Part shown: positions 1 through 14,404 of the stretch, in pieces
Numbering within the stretch: position 1 is the stretch's first letter
Layout of the letters: every line of letters begins with the position of its first letter
Assembly (NCBI GenBank): GCA_002245135.1
Contig: NGBS01000598.1
Span: forward strand, 1-64,000
Source of the DNA: Proteromonas lacertae
Lineage: Eukaryota
Direction of reading: 5' to 3'
DNA length: 64,000 bases
Program-made: the position numbers and the translations under genes
Notes under the pieces: generated by a model
What the model was told of the DNA's origin: nothing
Database searches by the model: none
Seen by the model: only the letters and a program-made list of their open reading frames with translations

Positions 1-3000
1 ATAAAGATGAATTAGAAAGTGAGTTAAATGGATTGAAAGAGCAATTGAATCAATCAAATAGTGATAAAGATGAATTACAGAAGAGTAAAGATGAATTACA
101 AAAGAATAAAGATGAATTAGAAAGTGAGTTAAATGGATTGAAAGAGCAATTGAATCAATCAAATAGTGATAAAGATGAATTACAGAAGAGTAAAGATGAA
201 TTACAAAAGAATAAAGATGAATTAGAAAGTGAGTTAAATGGATTGAAAGAGCAATTGAATCAATCAAATAGTGATAAAGATGAATTACAGAAGAGTAAAG
301 ATGAATTACAAAAGAATAAAGATGAATTGGAAAGTGAGTTAAATGGATTGAAAGAGCAATTGAATCAATCAAATAGTGATAAAGATGAATTACAGAAGAG
401 TAAAGATGAATTACAAAAGAATAAAGATGAATTGAAAGTGAGTTAAATGGATTGAAAGAGCAATTGAATCAATCAAATAGTGATAAAGATGAATTACAGA
501 AGAGTAAAATGAATTACAAAAGAATAAAGATGAATTGGAAAGTGAGTTAAATGGATTGAAAGAGCAATTGAATCAATCAAATAGTGATAAAGATGAATTA
601 CAGAAGAGTAAAGATGAATTACAAAAGAATAAAGATGAATTGGAAAGTGAGTTAAATGGATTGAAAGAGCAATTGAATCAATCAAATAGTGATAAAGATG
701 AATTACAGAAGAGTAAAGATGAATTACAAAAGAATAAAGATGAATTGGAAAGTGAGTTAAATGGATGAAAGAGCAATTGAATCAATCAAATAGTGATAAA
801 GATGAATTACAGAAGAGTAAAGATGAATTACAAAAGAATAAAGATGAATTTGAAAGTGAGTTAAATGGATTGAAAGAGCAATTGAATCAATCAAATAGTG
901 ATAAAGATGAATTACAGAAGAGTAAAGATGAATTACAAAAGAATAAAGATGAATTAGAAAGTGAGTTAAATGGATTGAAAGAGCAATTGAATCAATCAAA
1001 TAGTGATAAAGATGAATTACAGAAGAGTAAAGATGAATTACAAAAGAATAAAGATGAATTAGAAAGTGAGTTAAATGGATTGAAAGAGCAATTGAATCAA
1101 TCAAATAGTGATAAAGATGAATTACAGAAGAGTAAAGATGAATTACAAAGAATAAAGATGAATTAGAAAGTGAGTTAAATGGATTGAAAGAGCAATTGAA
1201 TCAATCAAATAGTGATAAAGATGAATTTAAAGATGAATTACAAAAGAATAAAGATGAATTGAAAGTGAGTTAAATGGATTGAAGAGCAATTGAATCAATC
1301 AAATAGTGATAAAGATGAATTACAGAAGAGTAAAGATGAATTACAAAAGAATAAAGATGAATTAGAAAGTGAGTTAAATGGATTGAAAGAGCAATTGAAT
1401 CAATCAAATAGTGATAAAGATGAATTACAGAAGAGTAAAGAATTACAAAAGAATAAAGATGAATTAGAAAGTGAGTTAAATGGATTGAAAGAGCAATTGA
1501 ATCAATCAAATAGTGATAAAGATGAATTACAGAAGAGTAAAGATGAATTACAAAAGAATAAAGATGAATTAGAAAGTGAGTTAAATGGATTGAAAGAGCA
1601 ATTGAATCAATCAAATAGTGATAAAGATGAATTACAGAAGAGTAAAGATGAATTACAAAAGAATAAAGATGAATTAGAAAGTGAGTTAAATGGATTGAAA
1701 GAGCAATTGAATCAATCAAATAGTGATAAAGATGAATTACAGAAGAGTAAAGATGAATTACAAAAGAATAAAGATGAATTAGAAAGTGAGTTAAATGGAT
1801 TGAAAGAGCAATTGAATCAATCAAATAGTGATAAAGATGAATTACAGAAGAGTAAAGATGAATTACAAAAGAATAAAGATGAATTGGAAAGTGAGTTAAA
1901 TGGATTGAAAGAGCAATTGAATCAATCAAATAGTGATAAAGATGAATTACAGAAGAGTAAAGATGAATTACAAAAGAATAAAGATGAATTAGAAAGTGAG
2001 TTAAATGGATTGAAAGAGCAATTGAATCAATCAAATAGTGATAAAGATGAATTACAGAAGAGTAAAGATGAATTACAAAAGAATAAAGATGAATTAGAAA
2101 GTGAGTTAAATGATTGAAAGAGCAATTGAATCAATCAAATAGTGATAAAGATGAATTACAGAAGAGTAAAGATGAATTACAAAAGAATAAAGATGAATTA
2201 GAAAGTGAGTTAAATGGATTGAAAGAGCAATTGAATCAATCAAATAGTGATAAAGATGAATTACAGAAGAGTAAAGATGAATTACAAAAGAATAAAGATG
2301 AATTAGAAAGTGAGTTAAATGGATTGAAAGAGCAATTGAATCAATCAAATAGTGATAAAGATGAATTACAGAAGAGTAAAGATGAATTACAGCAAGAGTG
2401 ATAAAGATGAATTACAAAGATGAATTACAAAAGATGAATTAGAAAGTGAGTTAAATGGATTGAAAGAGCAATTGAATCAATCAAATAGTGATAAAGATGA
2501 ATTACAGAAGAGTAAAGATGAATTACAAAAGAATAAAGATGAATTAGAAAGTGAGTTAAATGGATTGAAAGCAATTGAATCAATCAAATAGTGATAAAGA
2601 TGAATTACAGAAGAGTAAAGATGAATTACAAAAGAATAAAGATGAATTAGAAAGTGAGTTAAATGGATTGAAAGAGCAATTGAATCAATCAAATAGTGAT
2701 AAAGATGAATTACAGAAGAGTAAAGATGAATTACAAAAGAATAAAGATGAATTAGAAAGTGAGTTAAATGGATTGAAAGAGCAATTGAATCAATCAAATA
2801 GTGATAAAGATGAATTACAGAAGAGTAAAGATGAATTACAAAGAATAAAGATGAATTAGAAAGTGAGTTAAATGGATTGAAAGAGCAATTGAATCAATCA
2901 AATAGTGATAAAGATGAATTACAGAAGAGTAAAGATGAATTACAAAAGAATAAAGATGAATTAGAAAGTGAGTTAAATGGATTGAAAGAGCAATTGAATC

Positions 3001-6000
3001 AATCAAAGTGATAAAGATGAATTACAGAAGAGTAAAGATGAATTACAAAAGAATAAAGATGAATTGGAAAGTGAGTTAAATGGATTGAAAGAGCAATTGA
3101 ATCAATCAAATAGTGATAAAGATGAATTACAGAAGAGTAAAGATGAATTACAAAAGAATAAAGATGAATTAGAAAGTGAGTTAAATGGATTGAAAGAGCA
3201 ATTGAATCAATCAAATAGTGATAAAGATGAATTACAGAAGAGTAAAGATGAATTACAAAAGAATAAAGATGAATTGGAAAGTGAGTTAAATGGATTGAAA
3301 GAGCAATTGAATCAATCAAATAGTGATAAAGATGAATTACAGAAGAGTAAAGATGAATTACAAAAGAATAAAGATGAATTAGAAAGTGAGTTAAATGGAT
3401 TGAAAGAGCAATTGAATCAATCAAATAGTGATAAAGATGAATTACAGAAGAGTAAAGATGAATTACAAAAGAATAAAGATGAATTGGAAAGTGAGTTAAA
3501 TGGATTGAAAGAGCAATTGAATCAATCAAATAGTGATAAAGATGAATTACAGAAGAGTAAAGATGAATTACAAAAGAATAAAGATGAATTAGAAAGTGAG
3601 TTAAATGGATTGAAAGAGCAATTGAATCAATCAAATAGTGATAAAGATGAATTACAGAAGAGTAAAGATGAATTACAAAAGAATAAAGATGAATTGGAAA
3701 GTGAGTTAAATGGATTGAAAGAGCAATTGAATCAATCAAATAGTGATAAAGATGAATTACAGAAGAGTAAAGATGAATTACAAAAGAATAAAGATGAATT
3801 AGAAAGTGAGTTAAATGGATTGAAAGAGCAATTGAATCAATCAAATAGTGATAAAGATGAATTACAGAAGAGTAAAGATGAATTACAAAAGAATAAAGAT
3901 GAATTGAGAAAGTGAGTTAAATGGATTGAAAGAGCAATTGAATCAATCAAATAGTGATAAAGATGAATTACAGAAGAGTAAAGATTGAATTACAAAAGAA
4001 TAAAGATGAATTAGGAAAGTGAGTTAAATGGATTGAAAGAGCAATTGAATCAATCAAATAGTGATAAAGATGAATTACAGAAGAGTAAAGATGAATTACA
4101 AAAGAATAAAGATGAATTAGAAAGTGAGTTAAATGGATTGAAAGAGCAATTGAATCAATCAAATAGTGATAAAGATGAATTACAGAAGAGTAAAGATGAA
4201 TTACAAAAGAATAAAGATGAATTAGAAAGTGAGTTAAATGGATTGAAAGAGCAATTGAATCAATCAAATAGTGATAAAGATGAATTACAGAAGAGTAAAG
4301 ATGAATTACAAAAGAATAAAGATGAATTAGAAAGTGAGTTAAATGGATTGAAAGAGCAATTGAATCAATCAAATAGTGATAAAGATGAATTACAGAAGAG
4401 TAAAGATGAATTACAAAAGAATAAAGATGAATTAGAAAGTGAGTTAAATGGATTGAAAGAGCAATTGAATCAATCAAATAGTGATAAAGATGAATTACAG
4501 AAGAGTAAAGATGAATTACAAAAGAATAAAGATGAATTAGAAAGTGAGTTAAATGGATTGAAAGAGCAATTGAATCAATCAAATAGTGATAAAGATGAAT
4601 TACAGAAGAGTAAAGATGAATTACAAAAGAATAAAGATGAATTAGAAAGTGAGTTAAATGGATTGAAAGAGCAATTGAATCAATCAAATAGTGATAAAGA
4701 TGAATTACAGAAGAGTAAAGATGAATTACAAAAGAATAAAGATGAATTAGAAAGTGAGTTAAATGGATTGAAAGAGCAATTGAATCAATCAAATAGTGAT
4801 AAAGATGAATTACAGAAGAGTAAAGATGAATTACAAAAGAATAAAGATGAATTAGAAAGTGGAGTTAAATGGATTGAAAGAGCAATTGAATCAATCAAAT
4901 AGTGATAAAGATGAATTACAGAAGAGTAAAGATGAATTACAAAAGAATAAAGATGATTGGAAAGTGAGTTAAATGATGAAAGAGCAATTGAATCAATCAA
5001 ATAGTGATAAGATGAATTACAGTGAATTACAAAAGAATAAAGATGAATTAGAAAGTGAGTTAAATGGATTGAAAGAGCAATTGAATCAATCAAATAGTGA
5101 TAAAGATGAATTACAGAAGAGTAAAGATGAATTACAAAAGAATAAAGATGAATTGGAAAGTGAGTTAAATGGATTGAAAGAGCAATTGAATCAATCAAAT
5201 AGTGATAAAGATGAATTACAGAAGAGTAAAGATGAATTACAAAAGAATAAAGATGAATTAGGAAAGTGGAGTTAAATGGATTGAAAGAGCAATTGAATCA
5301 ATCAAATAGTGATAAAGATGAATTACAGAAGAGTAAAGATGAATTACAAAAGAATAAAGATGAATTAGAAAGTGAGTTAAATGGATTGAAAGAGCAATTG
5401 AATCAATCAAATAGTGATAAAGATGAATTACAGAAGAAGTAAAGATGAATTACAAAAGAATAAAGATGAATTAGAAAGTGAGTTAAATGGATTGAAAAGA
5501 GCAATTGAATCAATCAAATAGTGATAAAGATGAATTACCAGAAGAGTAAAGATGAATTACAAAAGAATAAAGATGAATTAGAAAGTGAGTTAAATGGATT
5601 GAAAGAGCAATTGAATCAATCAAATAGTGATAAAGATGAATTACAGAAGAGTAAAGATGAATTACAAAAAGAATAAAGATGAATTAGAAAGTGAGTTAAA
5701 TGGATTGAAAGAGCAATTGAATCAATCAAATAGTGATAAAGATGAATTACAGAAGAGTAAAGATGAATTACAAAAGAATAAAGATGAATGAGAAAGTGAG
5801 TTAAATGGATTGAAAGAGCAATTGAATCAATCAAATAGTGATAAAGATGAATTACAGAAGGAGTAAAGATGAATTACAAAAGAATAAAGATGAATTGAAA
5901 GTGAGTTAAAATGGATTGAAAGAGCAATTGAATCAATCAAATAGTGATAAAGATGAATTACAGAAGAGTAAAGATGAATTACAAAAGAATAAAGATGAAT

Positions 6001-6958
6001 TGGAAAGTGAGTTAAATGGATTGAAAGAGCAATTGAATCAATCAAATAGTGATAAAGATGAATTACAGAAGAGTAAAGATGAATTACAAAAGAATAAAGA
6101 TGAATTGAAAGTGAGTTAAATGGATTGAAAGAGCAATTGAATCAATCAAATAGTGATAAAGATGAATTACAGAAGAGTAAAGATGAATTACAAAAGAATA
6201 AAGATGAATTGGAAAGTGAGTTAAATGGATTGAAAGAGCAATTGAATCAATCAAATAGTGATAAAGATGAATTACAGAAGAGTAAAGATGAATTACAAAA
6301 GAATAAAGATGAATTAGAAAGTGAGTTAAATGGATTGAAAGAGCAATTGAATCAATCAAATAGTGATAAAGATGAATTACAGAAGAGTAAAGATGAATTA
6401 CAAAAGAATAAAGATGAATTGGAAAGTGAGTTAAATGGATTGAAAGAGCAATTGAATCAATCAAATAGTGATAAAGATGAATTACAGAAGAGTAAAGATG
6501 AATTACAAAAGAATAAAGATGAATTGGAAAGTGAGTTAAATGGATTGAAAGAGCAATTGAATCAATCAAATAGTGATAAAGATGAATTACAGAAGAGTAA
6601 AGATGAATTACAAAAGAATAAAGATGAATTAGAAAGTGAGTTAAATGGATTGAAAGAGCAATTGAATCAATCAAATAGTGATAAAGATGAATTACAGAAG
6701 AGTAAAGATGAATTACAAAAGAATAAAGATGAATTGGAAAGTGAGTTAAATGGATTGAAAGAGCAATTGAATCAATCAAATAGTGATAAAGATGAATTAC
6801 AGAAGAGTAAAGATGAATTACAAAAGAATAAAGATGAATTAGAAAGTGAGTTAAATGGATTGAAAGAGCAATTGAATCAATCAAATAGTGATAAAGATGA
6901 ATTACAGAAGAGTAAAGATGAATTACAAAAGAATAAAGATGAATTGGAAAGTGAGTTA
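1..6958 (+). repeat. Coding tandem repeat, 105-bp unit (35 aa = 5 heptads), about 66 copies, continuing past the left edge
   Basis: The unit LESELNGLKEQLNQSNSDKDELQKSKDELQKNKDE repeats near-perfectly. The only recurrent substitution is a synonymous TTA/TTG Leu codon; there are sporadic small indels. Confidence 0.97.
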
Positions 6959-7793
6959 AAGAAATATGTAGTAAATAACAATCGTTACTACTGTGAATTA
7001 GAAATGGATTTATGCTTATGGAAAAATGAAAATAACAAAATGAATAAAGAAAGTGATGATTATGTTACATGTAATGAAGATTCAAAAATAGAAATAAAAA
7101 ATCAACTTAATAAAATGATAAAATTACAAGATGAAATAATGGATTTGAAAAGAAAATTGGAAAAAATAAATCAAGAAAAAAGATGATTTATTAAAAGACG
7201 AAATGAAATTAGAAAAAGAACTAAATAAAATTCAATCAAATAGGTTAGAAGTAGAAAACAATTTAGATATTATGACTGAAGAAATATATTGTGAATTTCA
7301 TTATCCGATAATACCAAACTACGATATTGAACAATACAAAATCAATTATGACTTAGGAATTGAAGAAATGATGGATGAATATGAGAATATAAGAGATTTA
7401 TTATCATTAGATTTAGACAAGTTATATGATTTTGAAAGAGTATATAGTACTTTACTATTGAATTATTCTGAAAGATCTCAAGCACTAATTGATGAAAAAG
7501 AAAGAGTAGAGACTTTAGAAGCAGATAATAAACTGTTAGAGAACAGAATAAAAGAATGTGATAGAGAAAATAAAGAAAAATTGGAGGAATTATCACAGAG
7601 TAGAACTGATGCTGTTAAATCTACAATTCAAGAGTCTATTAATAATCAAATGGCTCAATTATCAAATCAACTGAATAATGTGACTGAGAAATGTGAAAAT
7701 TATAGAAAACAAGCTGAAAAATATAAGAAGAAATATGAAAATGCAAGGAAATCATTTGAACAACTTACTAAGATTATACAAACCAAAAATTAA
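1..7793 (+). CDS. Giant coiled-coil protein, 5' end outside window; repeat array followed by a unique coiled-coil C-terminus
   Basis: The repeat ORF runs into unique sequence at about 6960. Removing one A from the A-run near 7176-7181 joins ORF 6125-7186 to ORF 7203-7793 (QEKDDLLKDEMKLEKEL). Internal frameshifts are likely assembly errors. Confidence 0.75.
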
Positions 7794-7922
7794 AAAATTA
7801 AATCATATATATTGTTATTTGACATTTTGGGGTAGTTTATTAAGAATAAAGAAAACAAAATCATTAACAAAAAAGAAAAAGCTCATAATCTCAAATATTA
7901 TTATTATTATTATTCCCATTCT

Positions 7923-9378
7923 TTACAACATTCCACAATCACTAATAATAACTGGAATAGTTGGTTTATCATCTTTAACCTCAACACTCTCAATCTTCTT
8001 CACAACATCCATACCATTAATTACTTTACCAAATACAACATGTTTACCATTCAAATGTGAAGGAGTACTTGTAGTAATAAAGAATTGACTTCCATTTGTA
8101 TTTGGACCACTATTAGCCATAGCCAATAAACCTTCTTCCTTGAAATTCAATTTGAAGTTTTCATCATCGAATTTACCTCCATATATTGATATACTGCCTG
8201 TTCCATCGCCATTAATTATATCACCTCCTTGAATCATGAAGTCTTTAATTACTCTGTGGAAGGAACAGCCTTTATAACTCAATTGATGACCATCCTGTTC
8301 GCCTTTTTCGCCTGTAATCATACATCTGAAATTTTCTACTGTTTTTGGTGCAATATTTTCGTACAATTCCAATTCAATTCTTCCTAAATCATTCTCTCCC
8401 TGTTGGATATTCATAAATACTTTTGGATTTTTCTCACTGTGTGGATCAACTATATCTTCTTGATCATCGTATAATGACACTTTTTTGAACATTCCACCAA
8501 ATACACTCTTTTCCTTCTGTTTTTGCTCTTTTATTTTCTCTTTTAATAGATTATATTCATCATGAATGCTTTTATTCTTTGGATCTAATTTTGCAGCTTT
8601 AATTAAATCAGTTTTGGCTTCATCATACATACCAAAGGAAGTATAAGCACTACCACGTCTAAATAAGGCCTTTACATTATTTTCATCTTTTTTAAGTACC
8701 TCAGTACACTTGTTTATAGCATCTCCGTAATCTTTTACTTTCAAATCACACATAGCAATATTTAAATTCAATGTAATATATAAGTCTTTATTTTCATCTG
8801 AATTCTCTACATAACTTACTCCATCTTTGTAAATTGTGATTGCTTCTTGATATTTTCCTGCTTTGAATAAATCATTACCTTCTGTCTTTGCTTTTGTTGC
8901 TTCTTCTTTCTTTTCTTCATCATTCATTTCCCATTTTTCTTTCTTCTTTGGATGGAAGTCGATTAACTCTACTTCAAACTCTAATGTAGCATCTGGTGGA
9001 ATATTTGGTGGACTACCAGCTTTTCCATATGCATAATCTGATTTACAAGTCAAAATTGCTTTTTCACCTTTTTTCATGGTTGCAAAACCTTCATCCCAAC
9101 CCTTAATTACTTGTCCATTTCCCAAAACGAATTTGAATGGTTCATTTCTATCAACAGAAGAATCAAATTTTGTGCCATCTAGCAAACGGCCAGTATAATG
9201 TGCTAAAAACAAAATAGAGCAATTGAATATATACCAACAATTTCAAATCCTTTGGTTGGAAGTTCGCCTGAACCTTCTTGTAAGATCTTCTTCACAACAC
9301 CACCATCAGGTGTTACATTTACAATCTATACAATAAAAATAAAATTTTGATAATAAATACATTTTCAGAATCAGACAT
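7923..9378 (-). CDS. Dual-family immunophilin: FKBP - TPR - cyclophilin (FCBP-type)
   Basis: FKBP motifs [24 protein letters not shown] (NVKALFRRG) and cyclophilin motifs [30 protein letters not shown] lie in one ORF. GT-AG introns at 9326-9360 and 9203-9234 lead to an ATG at 9378. Confidence 0.93.
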
Positions 9379-9688
9379 TGTGAGTAAAAATAAAAATTCT
9401 TTTTAAAAATCGAAAATTCTAGAACAATCGAGTATATTCTTTATTGAATGTAATGCTTTTGGATTTTTACAATTCAGAATGACAAAAAAATCCCTTATGG
9501 TTTGCATAAATGTAGAGAGTGAATCAAAGCAGATATTTGAAGATCTTTCTGTAAACATGTAATTTAATAGATTATTGTACTTCCCCATATACTAAAACAT
9601 ATTTCTGTGTAAATTAATAAAATGAAAGAGAAAAATAAGAAAATTATTTCTATTTGGCTTGTTTGAGGTTTGATTCATAATTTTTATC

Positions 9689-11843
9689 ATGTCAGAAAGC
9701 GAAAGCGATAGTGATGGAACTGATTCGGAAACTATGTCTTCGCCTGTAGGTGAAGTGAAAGATGAAATATATCAAAAATCTACGAAGAAAATATCAGTTT
9801 CAGTAATGTAAACTCTAATTTCATCTAATTAATAGTCATACTCTTCGTCCAAAACCTCCAGCAGAAAAGTTAATAAAGTATATGATAGAGTTAGGAACAT
9901 TGCTTGAAAATACAGATGATGAAGAAGAAAAAGCGATATTAATACAAAATGCAAACAATGAAATAAGAGGAATGGAAGTGTCACTCTCATGTGAAAAGAA
10001 TTGCAGCTTTATTATACAGATTCTACTTGAAAATTCAGGAGTTTATCAATTATATCAATATTTAGAATATTCATATGATTTTATGAATCATTTATTAACA
10101 GATCCATACGCTTCTCATGTAATGGAAACAATATTTCGTCTAATTAATGATTTTCTCTCAAAAGGCTTCTGTGGGTATAGAAGAGGTGGATATAGTGAAG
10201 AAGAACGTGCACAAAACCAATCAATAACCTCAGAACAAATAGTGGAAGCAGTATCAAAGATAATTGAAAAGATTTGTGGTAATATAGCTTTAATAGCTTC
10301 AGATTCATGTGGATGTCATGTATTATAATATATTTATTAATAAAAATATAGTCGTTACGAACATTATTATTGTTATTGACAGGTAAACCATTGAATAATA
10401 AAGATCCACTAAATGTAACAAAATATATTTTTTTAAATATAATTTTTAAATAGAAACAATCCAATTCATCAATTTTGAAATTATTCTCTAATCAATATGC
10501 AATTATCGTAAAAGAGATTTTATCATTATCATATTATGATTTATATAGATTAGTAACACAAATTGTATATTTCTTTTTTTATTATTAATAGAATGCTTCA
10601 ATAATATTACAATATATAATCCAATTATCACCAAATAAATTGAAAAATGAATTAATTTCATTAATAATTGAAGGAAATGAAGATAATATTCCGCCAATAC
10701 AATCATGGTATAATATATATTATTATTATTATTATTTTGTAATAGGATATGTGATACTTATGGTAGTCACGTATTAGAATGTATTCTACAATATTGCAGT
10801 GATGAAATATTTGAAATAATATTCATCAATTATGGTAAAAATCGATTATTAGATTTATCCAAAGATCCATTAGCCAATTACTTCATTCAGAAATTATTGG
10901 TTTATTGTCGAACACAGAAGCAAGTCTCAAGATGCAGTCATGAACTAAGGCCGTTTATATCTCAATTATTACCAACCAAACCAGGTGTAGTAGTTGCATT
11001 ATTGGATATTAGTAGGAAATTTGATGTGAAAATGGATAAGATATATCATGATATAATGTCAATATTAAATCCAACTAATGAAGGAGGAAGTAATATTGAA
11101 AAAGATGTGCTGAACAATATATTGTATTATAATTCAAAATATGTATAATATTATATTATATTGGTTTTATTTTTATTTTTATTTTTAAAATAGAATCAAA
11201 TAAATCCTCATTCTGCTTCATTAGTTGCTTCATTGTTATTATATCCACGAACATATTCACAGGAATTAAGAAAGGAATGGTTTAATAAAGATGATGATTA
11301 TTTTGTAAAGATTTGTACTGATAAAATAACCAGTAAGAATTTGATGGAGAAAATAATGATTGAAAATGGTGAAGATGTTGATTATTTCAAACTAAAAACT
11401 GTTAAAAGAATATGTGTATGATATATAATATATTACTACTATTATTATTAGAATAAAATATTACAAATTGCTTTAAATGTCTATGGTAATTTTGTAATAG
11501 AAAAAGCATTTACATTTAACAATAATATACAAATAAAAGTATTTAAAATTATTTATATTTTGAATAGTATAAAATAGCTTCAAGTTTATTAAAGATTGAA
11601 AAACAACTGAGTAGTAATAAAATAGGAAAGAATTTAATCAGTTTAGTCAATTTGAAGATGTTGTATGAAGGAAAACAAGTGTGGATTAAGAATATGGAAA
11701 AGAGTATAGATAAACAAGTTGAATTAACCGAAAATAAAAAGAAACGAAAGAATGATGAGAAAGATGAAAAGATGAATAATAAAAAAGCTAAAGTCAATCA
11801 AAATGTGGTTAATGATTTTATGAAATCAAATGGATTTTATTAA
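9689..11843 (+). CDS. NOP9: Nop9-like Pumilio-repeat nucleolar protein (multi-exon)
   Basis: PUF-type repeats DPYASHVMET, DSCGCHSLRT, DTYGSHVLEC, DPLANYFIQK, YGNFVIEK joined across short GT-AG introns; acidic N-terminus, basic C-terminus. Confidence 0.75.
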
Positions 11844-11949
11844 AGTCTTATCTTTGTTGTTTTTGTTATTGTTTTATTCTATATAAACAAAATAACATAT
11901 TTATATGTATAATATAATAATATATAATAGAAATTAATCAATTGGCAAT

Positions 11950-14241
11950 TTAGCTGAAACTAGCCATTCCTTCACAAGCTGTTCCATAATATCCATCAAA
12001 GCAATTACATGTTCCTGTCTTATAATCACAAATACCTCTTCCACTGCAATCTCTATATTCATCACCTTCAACCAGATTTGTTGCTTTACTTGGATCTTCA
12101 TCAGAAGGACATTCATCTATTCATAATAATTATAATAATAACATAATATATATACATAAACTACAATCTGGACCTCTATGACCTTCATCACATATACAAC
12201 CAAATATCTTACTATCAAATGGTTCACTTACAGATTGAGTAAATTCTGTAGAAGGAGTTGGTTTAGGACCTGACCAAACTTCCTTTATATCATATCCTAA
12301 TGCCTCAGTTAATACGACACATCGACCATTATTATTACAGTTATTTGGACAAGAAGTTCTTTGACAAGCATCACCTTCAAATCCTTCATAACATTCACAT
12401 TGACCTGTTTCTCTATTACAATTACCTTGACCACTACACTCAATAAATGCATGTGGAGCATATTCTACAAATTGGAATATACCAACATCAATTTTATCAC
12501 CATCTTTTAATTCTCTTTCATCCCATAATCTTCTACCACCAGCTGATGTTCCTTCTTCTCCTGTACTATCACTACCTTCATCAGGATTACTAGTACTTCC
12601 TTCACTAGTAGGACCATCATTATCATCAGGATCAGGACTTGTTGCATTCATATCAACTGCTTTTGGTATTTCAATTACTAACTCTCCTTTACCATTTATT
12701 CCTCCTTTATCAATAGTAATTGTTTGTGATGTACCTAAACTACCTGTAGTTGGATCATATGGAGTATAAATCATCTTTCCACCTGGAATTATACTCTTTT
12801 GAAGATCACCAATTGGTCGATTTATTGAATATGATTTTCCACTTACTAAACTGGGAGACTCCTTATAATTGATTACATAATCACCATCTTCATTTTCTAT
12901 CAGTGTAGCAAGAATTACAGTTGATCCTTCAGTATATTTAGTGAAATAATAATCTCCTCCTCTTTCACCAACTAAGGAAAAGATATCAGAATCTTCAATC
13001 TTTGCATCTTTACTACCTAAATAGAAACATGCACTATTTATATCCTCTAATTCACTAGCTGGACCAGCTACATACACATCACAATTAGTTCTATCACCAT
13101 TACATGTAGTAGGATTTGGATCATCTTTTGTATTCAAACATTGTAATTCTAATTCTAATAATTTCATTTTGAAGAAGTTATTATCTTTTGGATTCTCTGA
13201 TTCTATACACCACATCTTAGTAGTTCCACCATTTAGTATTGATGTTTGACCACAAGTAATTGGATTTTCTACTAACATTCTACCTGGTGAGCCAGTAGTC
13301 TTAGATTTATAAAGTGAATTCTAATTTATTTCTCATACCTTGAGTAACTGTATAAGCAACACCATCAATAGCTTTTCCTGTAGAATCTTTTACTTTAGTT
13401 ACAATAGGTGTAGATGCAAAATTAATAGTTGGTGAAGTTTCTGCATATGATTTTGGTTTTTCAGCTATTTTTATATTTGTCACATCAACAATTCCTAATT
13501 GATTAAACACATCTTCTAATGTAGAATATTCTATTTTATTTTTGTCAGTATAATCAACAGTAACTTTACCAATTATTTCACCAGTCTTTTCATTGAATAT
13601 AATTATCTCTGATGAAACTGTATCATTCTTATCATAAACAGTTGTACTATTCAGCAACTGTAATGAATTCTTGTTAATATCGTTATCTTTTTCTTTTTCT
13701 GGTAATGTATTAATTGGTGGTGGAGTTACAATTATTGGTGGTTTAGTTATTATCTCTGGAGTTGTTGTTGTTGGTCCAGCTGTGGTTGGTGCTTTTGTTG
13801 TTGGTTTTGTGGTTGGATCTACTTTTCCATCATCAGGAGTTGTGGAATCATCATTGTCAGCATTATCACCAGCCAGCTTGTCTTCCATTATCAGATTCAA
13901 ATAATAATCGAGGTTCATTACCTTTCTTTATTAGTTCTTTAATAAATTTCAGATTTTCAAGATTAGCATCATGATCTGGTGTTGTTTTGAATATATCATA
14001 TGAAAATGATTGACCTTTTGGACAAGTTCCTAAAATACTAATAGTTTCATTACTTTATACTCAAAGAACAGTCAGCACCAGTCCAAGAAAATTCATCAAA
14101 TGCACCTTTGTTTAAACCTAAACCTGGTTGAGTATTACAAACACATTTACCGTTTGAAGAACAAGTGCCGTGTCCACTACATAGATTAGGGCAATCTGAG
14201 TTCACAAGCAAATAGATGAAGAATAGATACAAGTATTTCAT
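11950..14241 (-). CDS. Sig1/Mas-family tubular mastigoneme-like secreted EGF protein, paralog A
   Basis: Signal peptide, [11 protein letters not shown]...[28 protein letters not shown]...CPNNC, C-terminal [16 protein letters not shown]. Two introns; frameshift near 13310. Confidence 0.8.
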
Positions 14242-14285
14242 CCAAAAAACGAAAAAGAAATATTATCGTAACTACACAATACAAT

Positions 14286-14298
14286 AATACACTGTATT
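14286..14298. promoter_or_regulatory. Palindrome AATACA-C-TGTATT upstream of paralog A
   Basis: 13-bp palindrome about 45 bp upstream of the ATG; the same element precedes paralogs B and C. Confidence 0.6.
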
Positions 14299-14404
14299 TT
14301 TGTATTTTTTATTTTTTTGATTATTTCATCATATGGTGTATATAAATGAATAATATAGTTAAGAACAAATAATAATAATTTAAAAATTATAGAATACAAA
14401 TTTA

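Noticed and set aside
494..6884. Long minus-strand ORFs (MIDSIALSIHLTHF...)
   Set aside because: Antisense shadow of the coiled-coil repeat. The recurrent variant is silent only on the + strand, and only the + frame continues into unique coding sequence.
1..6958. CRISPR array or telomeric/centromeric satellite
   Set aside because: No unique spacers; the unit is a multiple of three with heptad periodicity and fuses to a coding tail.
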